DNA of 64,000 bases, from positions 184,698,001-184,762,000 of the forward strand of contig CM097882.1 in NCBI GenBank assembly GCA_044892505.1, in the 5' to 3' direction. This DNA is from Schmidtea nova (lineage: Eukaryota). Position numbers and translations under genes: made by a program. Under the pieces are notes generated by a model that did no database searches, was not told the DNA's origin, and was given only the letters and a program-made list of their open reading frames with translations. Position 1 is the first letter of the stretch, and every line of letters begins with the position of its first letter. Of the stretch, positions 1 through 13,460 are shown piece by piece.

Positions 1-518
1 CAAAGAGAGAACTTGAGGAATTCGAAAGAGACAAAGTGAGGAAAATACTTTATAACTAGAGAATCAAATCCGTATCCGGAAGAGAGCGCAAATTGGTCAG
101 GAGTGTACTTAACAAAAGTTGTAATTTGTGGTGATCGTTCAATAACTTGTTCTGTGTTGGGTTCATTGATTTCGATAATTAAAGGACACGAGGAGTCAGG
201 TCAGTAAACCGATCTTAAACAGAATAATAACCCAAAAGCCGTTTACATTTGGTTCATCATTATTAAAGAAATTATCGTTCTGATTGTTAAATTGCTTCAT
301 ATCGTGAGCAGGGGTGGGCTGCCAAATTTTGAACAACCGGCTCGCTATTATTTCAAAAAAAACGGTAAATGCGTACATTGTCTTCATTTATTTTTGTACA
401 GTATAAAATATATATAACAAACAAAAACATTTATTGCACAAAATAACTAAACAAAATATTTATTGCACAAAAAAACTGATAAATTCTAAATTTAACATAC
501 TATGCTATGTATATGCCT

Positions 519-552
519 AATTAATTAATTAATTAATTAATTAATTAATTAA
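519..552. repeat. (TTAA)n microsatellite
   Basis: About 8 TTAA units at the transposase stop codon. Confidence 0.9.
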
Positions 553-2745
553 TGTAGAGTCCATATGCCTTGTTCATTTGCAGAAACATCATTATTGTGC
601 CCTCTTCTTACCCTTGTTTCTGTTGCTAACCTGTGATTATGGTTCATCCAAGATGTAACAAAAGGAATGGCATCGAAATTTGTTATTGGTTTCCCCAATA
701 AATTTTTTGTCATTAGATTAGATATATGTTCCACAGTAAAGCTGGTTCTTAATTTTGATGCAATTAAATTCATAAGGCTAAAACCTCTCTCAGCTTCTAA
801 ACTGCTAATAGCAATTGTGCTTGCTATTTTTTTAGCCCTTAAAATTGAATTAGGTAACTGAACATTTTTCAGCTGTGTGTTTGCGTCTACAAAGTCACGA
901 AAATCATTAACATCAACTTGAAACTTTAAAATTTCACATAATTTTTTAACCATGTCTTCACATTCTAGCCATGGTGACATAATTTTATCTAATGACCAGG
1001 TAGAAGGATCTAAAATCTCGAAGAGCTGCACAAATTTTTCATAGTTATCAGTGTCATTGTTCTCATTCTTATCCTCATCCATATTTATATGACTAGCCGA
1101 TAAAAGTCTTGCTTTCATATTCTTTGCCAAACTATCTAATAATTGCTCTCTGTGAAGAGCTACAAATTTATTATTGTAATCAAATGGTATGCATTTGAAC
1201 TCATTTGATGAAATTAAATTTTGAACTTTTTTTTCATAGACACCAAAATTATAATTCTTGTGTAGTTCTATATCTCTTATTGAACGCTTAATTAATTGAT
1301 CAGCTTTAGATATGGTAATTGCTTTTGATTGTAGCGCAATGGATAGTATTGACAATTCTTCTAAGATATCTATCATTAAAACTAAATTTTCAATCTTTTG
1401 GCCGTTCCTGAATTTGATTTGGACTGGATAAAATGTTTATAGAACGCTGGGTATGCTCTCCACACAGCAGTAGCTGCTCGTAAGCTACAGGATGCCCAAC
1501 GAGGTCCAAAATCGCGACCAATTTTTATTATTTCTAGGTTCAAATCACTAGAAATAGTTTCCAATTCTGCTTGGTTTTTATTTGACTGATGATATATCGC
1601 ATATATTTTGTCTAAAAATATTTTAAAATGATTTACTTGTTTAATGTCGCTTATGGAATCATCTAGTGCCAATTGCAATCGGTGATTCAAACAATTCCAC
1701 ACGATTATATTTGGACACATTTCAGTTAATTTTGTGGCTACTCCAGATTTTCTTCCTAACATTGTCGATGCACCATCTGAACAGGATCCTAAGAGATTTC
1801 TTTGTAAATAATTTTTATCAAATCCATAGTAAGTAAGACAGTCTATTAAGGTCATAAAAATATTTTCGGCAGTTGTTGACGTCAATTCTTTTAAATCTAC
1901 GAAAATCATGAGAGGTTCAATTGCAGACTGTACTTCACACTGTAAATATATTACCAAAGTACTTTTTGTAGCAAGTGTAGAAGCTTCGTCAATTATGATA
2001 CAAATTTTTGAATTTTGATTGATAATGTTTTTAAAAACAGTTTTTTTAATCTGCATCGCAATATGTTCGACAATTCTAGTGGCAGTGCGTCTGGAATGTA
2101 AACAATTTCCTATATTAACACCATTTTTTTCTTGTAATTCCAAAGCTTCTATATCAGACAATGGTCTGTTTCGTTTAACAAGACTATAAACTGTGTTGAA
2201 AATTTTTACAGTAATGTTAATTGCTTCAGAATTTAATATTTTAATTACATTTGGTAAAACTTGTTTGTTAGATTGAATAATTGTTTCTTGAATTTTTAAA
2301 TGTGAGCATGAAGTGGAATGTTCTTTAATTTTTTTGCGTAGAGAAGCTTGCCTTGTGTCTTTTTTAGTTCCATTAGGAATTATTGAACATGAAATCCACT
2401 CATTTGATACGTGAATATGTTTTTTGTTTTCTATTCCTAAAGTTTTTATTTTTGAACAGTCTTGACAACCTAATTTGCCATCTTTTACCACTAACCATTT
2501 ATATTGTTCTGTGAACAAACTCACTTGTTTTCTGTCCAACAATCTGGTAGTTGACTATTGCTTACTGTGCATGATTCCAATGATATTGTAGATGATGCTG
2601 ATGAACATGAAGCTGATGTTTCATTTGAAGTTGATTGTATAGGTTCAATATCTGCAGAATTTATTGATTTCTCTAGTATTTCTTCATTGAGTTTTGTTTG
2701 TTTGACATTTACAAAGGACAATAAATTTCCTTGCACTCTCTTCAT
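549..2745 (-). pseudogene. hAT transposase (ZNF862/KIAA1586-like), frameshifted into three ORFs
   Basis: Motifs [25 protein letters not shown] and C-terminal dimerisation motif SSLEAERGFSLMN. ORFs 2521-2745, 1382-2542, 549-1376. Confidence 0.9.
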
Positions 2746-4239
2746 TGTTTAATAAAAAAAATCTAAAATTTAAATACTGCCATTATTAATTAGTCTAATT
2801 GCTAAGGTAAGTAATATATGTAAAATTAAATTTTTAATTTACATAAATAAACAATTGTAAATTATTATTTGTAAATAATATAAATTCATTCATTTAAAAA
2901 TTGTGTGAATATAAATTATATTAAAATGGATTATTTTTGGTTTTAGGTTTAATTTAACAAGCGGCTCGCCGAGTTTCAAAAATTTGAACAACCGGCTCGC
3001 GCGCGCTGGACCGAGCCGGCTTTAGCCCACCCCCGATAGTGAGTACTCACAATAATGTTCGGTTGACTATTGTTACACCAAAAAGTATAAATTAAGGGCC
3101 AGATAGACAACAATTAAGGTATCTATAATAAAAATCTAAATAATACACATATCTTCATCCATTAAGAGATCCTATTATATATGATAAAAATTACCAATAT
3201 CAAATGAAAACTTACGGTGATGTTAAATTTTGACTTAACATAGTTTAAGAGATTTAATATGTTATAGACAAAGTGTTAGAAAAAATAAAATATACATAAA
3301 CACAGCACACAATGAAAAATGCATGCAAACTTTAAAAGGTAAATTATTTTACGAGATTAAAAGACCTATAATAAATTGATTTATTTTTAAAATAGGGTTT
3401 TGGGTAAAAATTTGGAATATTTCCTAGAGAAGTTGTCGAATAAATGAATAAATAACGTCCTAAGTTTTTTTTAATGAATTTTAATATAAAATTTCTAATA
3501 TAATATTTTCTAATATAATATAATAAAATTTTTAATAAAATTTAATAAAATTTTTAATATAATATTTCCGAAAATTATTTTGCAAAATTTTCCGTTTCTA
3601 GCTGCCAAAAAGATAATACCGTCTAATTATTTTTAGTTTATACACAATTAAACATATTTACAGCTCAATTTAGATCATTTCGAAATCTCAGATAGTGCTG
3701 GACAAAAATATTTGGCAATGCTTGAATTAAAAATTAAACTTAATTAAATTATTTCTTGGAATATCCAAAAATATATTTCAGAAATAAATAGAAAATGTTT
3801 ATTTAATAATAATTACAGTCCAACTTCCAAAAACAGGGTACTTTTTTACCGGCAACTTCTCGCATTGGGGCACTCCATATATCGGAGCAACTTAATATAA
3901 GATGGGCCATTTTTAATTGCAATAATATAATTCCTATAACTGATTCCTATAATTCCTATGGGGTACCATTTATAATCGAACCCAATCTTATGATGGATCA
4001 CTCTTAAAAATCGATTAATTATACGGTTCTATACAAATAATGAAAGCTGTTTATGTTTTACGCTGTTAAACTAACATTTTTATGGATAAATATAATTTAA
4101 TACCAATGAAATCATGATTTACTTTTTTCACATATATTCTTAAAAATAAGCTTACAATCAATCAATCATTTTACATTGATAATTCATAACAATATAATTA
4201 AAAAGTATTTATATTTAATTTATGCATTTAGCTCTGAAA

Positions 4240-4741
4240 ACCCGAAAACAAGTACTCAGTTATTTAGACACTGGATTTTCAGAAAAGGATGCTGCTGCAA
4301 AGTTCGGAGTTGGTAAGGGTACAATATCAAGAATCAAAACCAGTTAAAAGGAAACTCTCGATCAATATAACAACATTAAAAACCTCCATGGCAAAAATCT
4401 AAAACCTCATATTAAAGAGGAAGCGATAGACTGCAGTTTTACAATGGATGTCTAATGTACGAACTCGAAAGATCCCTGAAGATGGGCTCACTTTGCGTAT
4501 GGTAGCTGTAAATTTTGCGGTGGAATTTAATTGTTTGGAATTTAAAGCAAGCTCAGGGTGGTTAGATAAATTCAAGACAAGATACCACATATCATTTAAA
4601 TTATTGTCCGGTGAGAAGAATTCGGCTGACTACGAGTCAGCAGAGGCATTTATGTTGGAATTTAATAATTTAATTGTTGAATGTGAGTTGAATATGTTGG
4701 ATAATGTGCGCAGAGTTTGCATTATTCAGACACCATCATAA
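4240..4741 (+). pseudogene. Tigger/pogo transposase N-terminal fragment (CENP-B-type HTH)
   Basis: AAAKFGVGKGTISRIK followed by FKASSGWLDKFKTRYHI...LSGEKNSAD. DDE domain absent. Confidence 0.8.
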
Positions 4742-4984
4742 AGAAATTAGAAAAATCAAAAAGAAAAATTATGATGAGGAAGGTAATCAAAAGGATAACC
4801 TATTTCAAATGATATTCTCTCCTTGATCACTCATAAAAAATCTTTTTGAAAACAAATCCGAAAATTTTAAATTTTCTAAGAGAAGAAAAACTCAGCATTA
4901 TGAGGAGTATACATCGCCTTATCAATCAAACAAGTAAATTATACCTGAGGAGGTAAATAGAGACCCAGGAAACGTCTTGGAAAT

Positions 4985-5464
4985 TTGGCGAATCGTCAGC
5001 AAAAGAAAAAAAGGCGAGAATCCTTATCTCGAATGGGATCAGCCTGGAACAATCATACATCAAGTTATTCATTCAACACGTTAGAACAATTAAAGAACAA
5101 TATGGTTAAAAACGAGGAACAAAAATTGAGACCAAACCTGTTAGGAATGTCAACAATTTGTATAGTTAAATCAAGCAACCTGGAAAACAAACCGACAATC
5201 AAAACTAAAGTAAACAGGCTCAAGGTACATGCGCTAATTGATTATGTTTCAAATCTAACAATGATAGAAGCATATTTACTAAATAAAAACGAAATTCAAG
5301 CCAATAATACAACTTTGACCTCAGCCGCAGGAACAAATGGTCAACCAATTAACGTAATTGGGACACTTGATTGTGAAATCAAGTTATGTAATCAGAGATT
5401 TCTACATGACATCAAAGTCACAAGGCAATGTTTGCAGAATGCATTGTCGGAATGGATATTTTGA
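4985..5464 (+). pseudogene. Retropepsin-like aspartic protease remnant (LTR retrotransposon)
   Basis: VHALIDYVSNLTMI (degenerate D-[ST]-G) and AGTNGQPINVIGTL flap region. Confidence 0.7.
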
Positions 5465-5639
5465 AAAGCTAAAATATATAGTATTTTACTGTGCCACGGG
5501 CGAATTAGTCAAGATGAGTCACCCCTACCCCCGGGGTAAAACTTTTCTTTATGACTCATCGCGATGAGTCATCGGTGACTCGCCGGTATGGCTTGTCGAT
5601 GACTCATTTCAAAAATTAAAAATTAAAAATTTGAATTTT

Positions 5640-5770
5640 CAAAGGTTAAATAAAGTCAAACCTTCATACAAGGGTATCATTCGAAAATCTTTGAGAGGTC
5701 TATACACTAGTCATACACTTGAGGGTTTATGGAGGGTCCTGAACCTTCAAAATGTCTAAAACCTTCAACT
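5640..5770 (+). repeat. Dispersed non-coding repeat, related copy at ~9095-9270
   Basis: Shared blocks TCATTCGAAA..TTTGAGAGGT and GGGTCC..AACCTTCAAAAT..AAACCTT in the same orientation. Confidence 0.55.
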
Positions 5771-7100
5771 TTTTTGACTGTTTGATTTTAAAATTTTGCG
5801 GTTTTTGCAATCGACTAAAAGATTGTTGGTAGCTAAGAAATCAGAACCTAATATTGGACAAGTGACATTCGCGATATAGAAAGTCCATTCAAATAAATCG
5901 GGCATTTCGTCTATACTAAATTTAATGTGTTTGGTTCCAGTGGTGAATACTGGTGAACCGTTAGCTTCGCTCAGTTGTATTTTCGTGTTTTTGTCTGAGC
6001 TGAAAATGTTGGGTAGTAAGGATACGTTTGAACCAGTATCTATAAGGAAATTTAATGGGTTTTGATTTGGAGAAAGCTTTTTGAAAAAAAGAAGAAAAAA
6101 CAGGAAGTTGGAAAGACGAAGAAATAGAGGAAATTTGGTTGCCGTCGAATTCTGTCGCTTGAAGTGAGGGCACTACAAGTTTTTTGATTGCTCTTTTTCA
6201 AAATGTCTGGAGTTATTGTTTGAATATTTGCAACCTTCGAGACATTTTCTTGCTTGATTTTTGTATCGGGCATGGTAAATGCAAACGTCAAGTGTTTTGC
6301 TTGTCGGTAGTTTATTTCGCCATTCGCAACCTATGTTACAGACTCTTGCCTCTTTTCTAAATTTTTTGTGAAAACGACAGAGTCGTTTATTTCTGTTGAA
6401 TGAGTTGTTCCGGCTGGAACGGTTAGAGTTGTTTAATGTGTGTTTTCTACTGTGCCTATCTATTTGTAGATTGTCTTATTTCTGAGCTAATTTCTCGATG
6501 GCGTTTACTTTTAGATTTTCATTAGTAATTTCGGTTCTTTTACTAATCGCGTTGACGATTGGGTTATTTGTTTGCGTTATGTCGGCGATTCTATCTGCTA
6601 CTTCTGCAAGCTCTTTCACATTTGCAAATGGCAGTGATGCTAGTACGGTTTATGTATTAGCTGGGAGGGCTGATAAGAAAAAACGTTTTAAAACTGTTTC
6701 GTCTGCAGTGATTCCTTTCCTTAAGGTTTCAAGGTCAGAGATCGCTTTGCTGAGAAACGTGGATGGTTTTTGATCGTCGATGTTTAAGCGTTTGAAATAA
6801 CGATGAAAAACGTTTGACTGAGACTCGGAATAGTAATGGAGTACAGAGTCTTTCAGGATGGTGTATGGAGTTGGATGTGATGCAGCTAACACTATTGCAT
6901 CACTAATATGTGAAAGGATATCATGGGGCAAGTTTTGCAATAAGTAATTGTATTGTTGCTTTTGTGTTGTTATGTTATAGCTTTGGAAATAAGTTTCCAT
7001 GATTATAAACTACGCCGTGGGAGATCCTTGTTTGTTGAGGAAAAAATGACATGGTTTGTTAATTTGGTGTATGGTGTTCAGGTGACTGTTGTCGCCGTTT
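5765..7100 (-). mobile_element. Gypsy (CsRn1-like) gag-protease remnant
   Basis: Gag N-terminus PTA*FIIMETYF. CHCC knuckle CIYHARYKNQARKCLEGC (~6232-6285). An unlisted frame gives protease LNFLIDTGSNVSLLP...PILGSDFL (~5790-6060). No RT follows. Confidence 0.85.
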
Positions 7101-7120
7101 CCCTCATCATTATTGTCAGC

Positions 7121-7370
7121 GCCACCCATTAAAAGGTAATAAATGTCGAGGAATGAATTGTTGCCCATTCCTAAAGTTTATGGGGTGTCTGTTGTTAGAA
7201 TTGTTGCGGTGTTGTAAATGAGTGCATACTCGTATGTATTGACGTTAAATTGTTTGTTTATTTGATTATATAAAACAGAAAATTTATCCTTAATGTTTAT
7301 TCGATATTTGAGTGCTCGATTGGGAATGGTGCCCACAGACCCAGCATTTATCCATAAAGCAATGCAAGAA
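7121..7370 (-). pseudogene. SUMO/ubiquitin-like domain ending in Gly-Gly
   Basis: YRINIKDKFSVLYNQINKQFNVNTYEYALIYNTATILTTDTP*TLGMGNNSFLDIYYLLMGG resembles the SUMO C-terminus pattern DTPxxLxMEDxDxIDVxxxQTGG. Confidence 0.65.
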
Positions 7371-7429
7371 CTCTTACTATTTACCATACGGTTGGAATTC
7401 GGGTTCGCCATTGTAGCGCATTGATTGCT

Positions 7430-7950
7430 GTTCGTCAGTGATTTGCTGTTTGAATTTCTACAAGTATTTTCTTCATGAGCTAGACTAGTCTCGGAGAATG
7501 TTTTCCAAATGTTTAGTGTGTCTTGATCTATTATGGAAATAAAAACATTAATATGTTTCTCAATAGTATTAGCAATTTCATTTAAAATGGACAATGTGTG
7601 TTTCTAGTCAACATAGTAGGACTATTTATGGAGGTCAAAGTCTTGTTCCAAGTAATAACAATTTTATTTGAAATGTCTTGTTTCACAATAATTCCTTCAA
7701 GAATTTTTACCGGAATATTACTAAATGAATTTGTAGAATCATTTGTGTTGAAAGTTATTGATGAATAAGAAATGAGTTTATTTATTATTTCTGTAACGAA
7801 GCAATGAAGGAATGTATTGAGATGAAATTCAAAGAAAAATTTAATTAGAGTAGAGATAATGTCATTATTTATAATTTCGTAATATATTCGGTTCTGTTGT
7901 AATAACATTAAATGATGAATTAAATCGATAAGAACCAATCTGTGAAATTT
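7430..7950 (-). pseudogene. SAPS-domain (PP6 regulatory subunit / SIT4-associated) fragment
   Basis: RLVLIDLIHHL...TLIKFFFEFHLNTFLHCFVTEII and, after a frameshift, LNEIANTI...WKTFSETSL match the SAPS core by recall. Confidence 0.65.
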
Positions 7951-8009
7951 AGTCAAGTCAAAATTATCGATTTCTTGTACAATTTTTTGAAAAGAGGTGT
8001 TAATATTTA

Positions 8010-8590
8010 TGGGCAAGTGCTTGTCGGATTCGTACATAAATGAGAGCCAGTGAATTCCAATTTCACTGGGTACAAATTCAACCCGTATAATATTATTTTT
8101 TTAATAGTAGTGGATATAAACTTCTTTCTTATCACCGGATGAAGATTGAAACAACGCAAACCACACAATTTTGAGATCAAGGTTTATTATATTAAATTTT
8201 GTCTTAAAAATTGACTTCTTTTCAATCTGATACATTTGTCTAAACGGCTCCACTTTACTGAGAATTTCATTTGACATGTTTCCTATTGTTTGCTTTGGGT
8301 TTACATTAATAGCAAAAGGAGAACCCATTGTATGATTTCTGTTAAATTTTACAATGCATGTATATTATCCAGTTTCAGTAACTCTGTAAATGACACCGCA
8401 TACGCCATTTTTCGCGTCCTTAAACTCAATTATGGCTTTACTTGGACCTTCTATAGATAATGATAAACCACCTGGACCCGCTTCTTTTGTAAAGATGTTA
8501 AATTAATTAGGAAAATCAATAATTTCATCAGTTATTCCATGCCCTGTCTTTTCACTAGTTGAGATTGTGGTGACAATGGTTTTATCAATA
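8010..8590 (-). pseudogene. Filamin Ig-repeat fragment
   Basis: [43 protein letters not shown]...GSPF, plus a second repeat VEFVPSEIGIHWLSFMY. In-frame stops present. Confidence 0.85.
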
Positions 8591-10009
8591 TCATTCGATT
8601 TTACTGTAATTCTAAAAGGAGAACCATTGATATGCTCATCAAATTGCTGAATGGCAAGCACATAATCTCCAGGAGATTGAGGAAAGCGTACAATTCTACA
8701 GTTTCATCAGCTACATTAGTCGTTTCTGTTTCGGTTTTGGATGGACTTTTAATATTTAATGATGATCCTCTTGTTCTTTCTCCATTGGTAACTATTAGGA
8801 TTTCTGCAGGTATATTTACAAAAGCTTTTAATAAGCCTTCTCCTTGAACAGAAATTTGAGAGCTTTTTTCAACATTATCACAATCATTGTAATGAACATG
8901 ACCATCATCTCTTTCAGGTTTAATGTCGGATGAAAGACACGATTTGTAATCACTATCAATATTTGTCACTGTTTTATCTCTCATCATATGATTCTTTGAG
9001 GAGTTCTGATAATTTGAAACATTAGATTTGCAAAATATTTCGTCACGAAAAGAAGAAACTGTTTTATCATTTCTAACTATCGAAGATCTATGGTGGGTGC
9101 TCAACCTTTAAGAGGTGTAAAACCTTCAAAAATCTTTAAACATTACAAGTTATCTATCATTCGAAAGGTATTTGAGAGGTGCTCACGATGGCCATACTGT
9201 CGATGGTCTATGGTGGGTACTCATCTTTCAAGGGGTCCCAAACCTTCAAAATATTTCAAACCTTATAATTTACATATCAAACAAAAGGTATTAAGAGTTG
9301 AGTATGATGGTGATACCCTTGAAGGTCAAAGGGTTCAAGGTTCAATTAAAAACTATATAATATAGGTATCAATCAACAAGTATTTGTATGACAAGTATGA
9401 AGGTTATATTTTGACAATAAATATGCAAACACAAACAAAAATTAACAAAGAAATTGCAATGCACGTGCAAATTTCACAAAGACTCTGCAAAGTAAATGCA
9501 ACGAAACAAAGACACATGAAACAAAGAAATATAACTTGTAATAATTTTTTGTACACGTGTAACTGGCTTGTGTGTGTGTTTAAGCCGGATATCAGATCAC
9601 ATTCAACGCGCGTTTCACGAGCGTTGTGTCTCTCTTGTGTGTTTAAGCCAGATAACAAAACGCATTGCACGCGCGCGTTTTAACACCCCGCGTGCAAATN
9701 NNNNNNNNNNNNNNNNNNNNNNNNNNNNNNNNNNNNNNNNNNNNNNNNNNNNNNNNNNNNNNNNNNNNNNNNNNNNNNNNNNNNNNNNNNNNNNNNNNNN
9801 NNNNNNNNNNNNNNNNNNNNNNNNNNNNNNNNNNNNNNNNNNNNNNNNNNNNNNNNNNNNNNNNNNNNNNNNNNNNNNNNNNNNNNNNNNNNNNNNNNNN
9901 NNNNNNNNNNNNNNNNNNNNNNNNNNNNNNNNNNNNNNATAAAAGTTTAGACAAGAAAAACAAAAATTGATAATAGTAAAATTTATTGAATAACATTTAC
10001 GCAAATCTC

Positions 10010-10422
10010 GCACTGTCAATTCTCCAAATTGGAGTTATAACATCTTTAGTATCGATTTTATATCACTGAATGATTATAGTAATGAACCAATGTTCTTGAT
10101 CCTTGTATTCGATAGATTAGAAAGCATCATGAAAACGAGTTTTTCGGTTTTTGATTCAAATAATTTCTTTGCAAATTAAACCTTTATTGATTTTCGATAA
10201 AATTTTATTTAGTGCAGCAACCTCTTCTTTAGTTAGAATCGCAGTTAGACTGTCATACATTGACTTTGTTAATTTGACTGGATATGACAAACGAAACGGT
10301 ATTTCTTGTATCAAGAAATAAATTTTGTAATCATAATACATTTTTACTGGTTTGACTTCATTATTGATTTTTCTTTTGCTATCTTCATCATAGGTTTGAA
10401 AATTTTCTTTATGTGTTTGCAT
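10010..10422 (-). pseudogene. Unknown protein, homologous to the central ORF of the palindromic element
   Basis: YPVKLTKSMY..ILSKINK..ITIIIQ*YKIDTKDVITPIWRI aligns with EPVTLKQCMY..ILLAINK..IKIMIQGFKESNDVVKPVWKI at 30061-30336. Confidence 0.65.
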
Positions 10423-10599
10423 TTTAAAAATTATGACATTATCTGAAAAATGTCTTTGTATTTATAGTGATGAGTAATGCCTTTGTCCAATCAAAATGAT
10501 GCATTCTAACTGCACGAGGTATGCATGCCTTTGTTTGCATATGTGTGTGTCTTTGTTGCATATAAATTATGCATGTGTGTTTTATTAATGTGTTTATCA

Positions 10600-13460
10600 T
10601 CTTTAATTATGTTGGTGTGTTGGTTGGTGTTAAACACGAGTTTTAGTAGATGTTCGGATTAGGGTAACCCTGCCAACATAAAAAATAATAACCACGCCCT
10701 AGCACCCATGGTTTGCCTCTAATTGCTCTCCATGTTGGTAATGAGTTGAGCAATGGAGCCTAATAGGGCAGGTAAGAAACCTATTCCCCTATCATACTAC
10801 GGGTTCATTTCAACCGATAGAAGGTCTTAGCAGTTTACTTCCTGTCCCTTTTTATTCGTTAATTATGTTCATTAATTCTCCATACTCACATTCATTCACA
10901 TCACTCAATAAAAATAGTAACCCCACAAATAATTAATACATTTATTTAATCGATAAATACATTAGTGTTGATCACATTATTAATTGTTTCTCGGTTAAAC
11001 CGCTTAGCAGGTCCACTTCAATTCCCATGCACTTAGCGAACGTTCTTCGTTCATGGCGTCTATTGACACCCAATATGTTCCTCTTCTTTGTTTTATTCTG
11101 CGTCGGTAGTGAGCTGCTCGTTGGCCCGACATTGGCGTTTTCGACTCTTTTCAGCAGGAGGTGCCTATTTGGTTTAGATTTCTATCGTTATACCTCATTT
11201 TGGCACCCAGCGCTCGAAAGTACTTGCACATATCTGGTCTTTCAAGTAATTTTCGATGAACTCGCTAGTTATTGCCCTTAAACAGCGATCTAATTCCAAT
11301 TTGGTAGCCGCTAGTTCTTTAGACAGCTCATCTAGAGTCTTAGTTGCTCTGTCTTTACTTTTAAGGTGACTCTAATTGCCGCTGGACAGAACCAAGTCCG
11401 TTTTAACTCATCGAGTTCGAGCGCCTGTCGGCTTAACTTTCCTTCCAGTAACTGTATACCTCGCTGCAGCTGTCGTTTACTATCGGTGTCGACAAAAGGT
11501 TTGAGGCTTTCGATCAATAATTACAGACAACCATAATACTAATAGCTATATCTCAGGAAAATATTCATTCCGTTATCTTTACCCCCTAACCTATTGTCTA
11601 TATCTTGCAACACGCACGGTCCATCAAACGTTCATTCATACACTCTAACATGCATTCACATCCACCCATACGAATAGAATACGGTTAACAAAATAAGCCA
11701 TACAAACAAATTCAAAGTATAATTATAATTTTCAAAACAAAATGATAACACCAAGGAAAGAAATCACTGATTTTAGTTCAACATGAATTGGGGCCACATA
11801 TCCAATCTTGATTGTATTGGCTTTCGTCCTTGCGGATACCATTGGCTTGATAGTAGGCCTGGTTTGGCTTCCAACATAGATCTTCCTTGTATAAAGATAT
11901 TTCTCGGAATTGGATACTTGCTGTCTAAGGTGAAGGCGATTTCCATCCTCCTTGGAATTTCCATGGTAGATTTGGATATTCGATCGCCTCTTCGGTGTGT
12001 ATATTTTGTGGCTGATCCAGAAAGATATAACCCAGTCAAGACAAGGTTTGTATCTCGATTCTTTGGAAGAAAAATAGCCATCGGGGCGTGCCGCTGTTAT
12101 CTTGGAGCTCGAGGAACCATTGGATCTGTCTTGTATGGGGTGTATTCTCGGACAAGGGCCAATTCGGTCATCCCTCCCGTCGAACTTTGTACTTCTCACG
12201 TTCCCGTACTCAACGTGGTACAAGCTGACGGAACACTCGTCATCAGTGTCACAAGTGTCGGTCCACCATTGCTTGAATGTCGGTTACAACGTCAATTGGC
12301 GGCTGGTACGCCGGTTTAGTGGTTTACCTATTTCGACGATGGGCGTCCTGTTTTCGGGGAATTTTTATTCTTTAGTCTTGGGGCGATCTCCGTATCAACT
12401 ATAAATATAATTAGGAAGAAAATAGATATAAAACAGGATTAATAGAGTCCATACGAAAATTACAGTGGATTTTCCACTTTCACAAGCATCCTTTCAACCA
12501 ACATTATCCCCTCATCACGCCATCATCTAATCTCAATCATTCCCAGCTGAATTGGTACTTACATTCCACAATTTCAGACCAGTTACACTCTTAAAATTTA
12601 ATAAAACATAACAGTTAAATTACTTTTGCTGTCTATCAGCTGTTACCCGCTTTTTCATTTAACTCGTATTCCACACTAATCATTAGTTTATTTCATTGAT
12701 TGATACTCTCTATGGTTGAATATCTCTGCCCGCAATCAAACGTTAATCCTCCTCGGCTGTTACTAGTTCAATTTCAATCGACTCAATCCAGTTCAAACAC
12801 TTTAGATCTGTACAGATGTTTGTAAAGATCTGTAAAGATGTCACACTGTTTGATCGGTAGTTTATCATGCTTTTGCTTAGTATTGTCTATGCATGTGGTA
12901 TCATCGAGATTCCCTAAACCCTCGATTTGACATCTGTTATTTCGTGTTTGTTTTCTATTCATAATAAAAATTTTTTTGGAATTGTCTTTGTTCGGTGTTT
13001 GTGTTGAAAATGATTACTATTTGCAGTTCCTATGAGCAACCTCTCCCTCCTATTTAGCACTTGTACATCGCACCAGCCAACACTCCGGAGAATGTTGCGT
13101 CGGGAAGACAGTTCACCCGTCAGGTCGTGAGACTGTTGATACGTGCCCTTATTGATTTTGCTAAACATAACAATATAATCAGATTTAGAAAAATATGGGG
13201 GTTTAACCGGAATAAAACATGATAAAATTAATAAAAGAAAATTGCAATAATACCTTTATTTCGACTCCAATGATTCAGTACACAAATTGATTCTCAAAAT
13301 GACTCAAAGTACAAAATGATTTAAATTACTCTATCAAAATAAATCTTGACAAAACTATCTCTCCAAAAATCTGTTCTCCCACTGAATTGGCTGCCGTATA
13401 TATACTATTTTTTGTCGGTTCTTGGCCAATCAAAATCCGCCTGCTTCTGTCATGATTGAC
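10600..13460 (-). mobile_element. Unclassified multi-ORF repeat unit, copy 1 (decayed)
   Basis: Collinear with 47510-50280: promoter, ORF0, ORF-A (11790-12300), ORF-B (10990-11517), structured 3' region. Confidence 0.75.
13395..13432 (-). promoter_or_regulatory. ATTGG (CCAAT) box plus TATA box of unit copy 1
   Basis: On the minus strand GATTGG-21 nt-TATATATA; same spacing as 47517-47550. Confidence 0.55.

Larger units (their letters stand above)
309..3035 (-). mobile_element. Complete (decayed) hAT DNA transposon
   Basis: TIRs CAGGGGTGGGCT (309-320) and AGCCCACCCCCG (3024-3035), 11/12 inverted match. 8-bp TSD ATCGTGAG (301-308) / ATAGTGAG (3036-3043), 7/8. Encloses a transposase. Confidence 0.92.

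Noticed and set aside
5500-5610. Cluster of TGA[CG]TCA (AP-1-like) motifs
   Set aside because: Likely subterminal repeats of a DNA transposon fragment; no evidence of regulatory use.
9568-10019. ORFs spanning N-runs (also 20857, 43155-43552, 45841)
   Set aside because: Gap or tandem-repeat artefacts; 43350-43550 is really an RBM26/27 exon in another frame.
11783-12319. 178-aa plus-strand ORF and neighbouring listed ORFs
   Set aside because: Shadow frames; the conserved frame is an unlisted minus-strand frame homologous to ORF-A.
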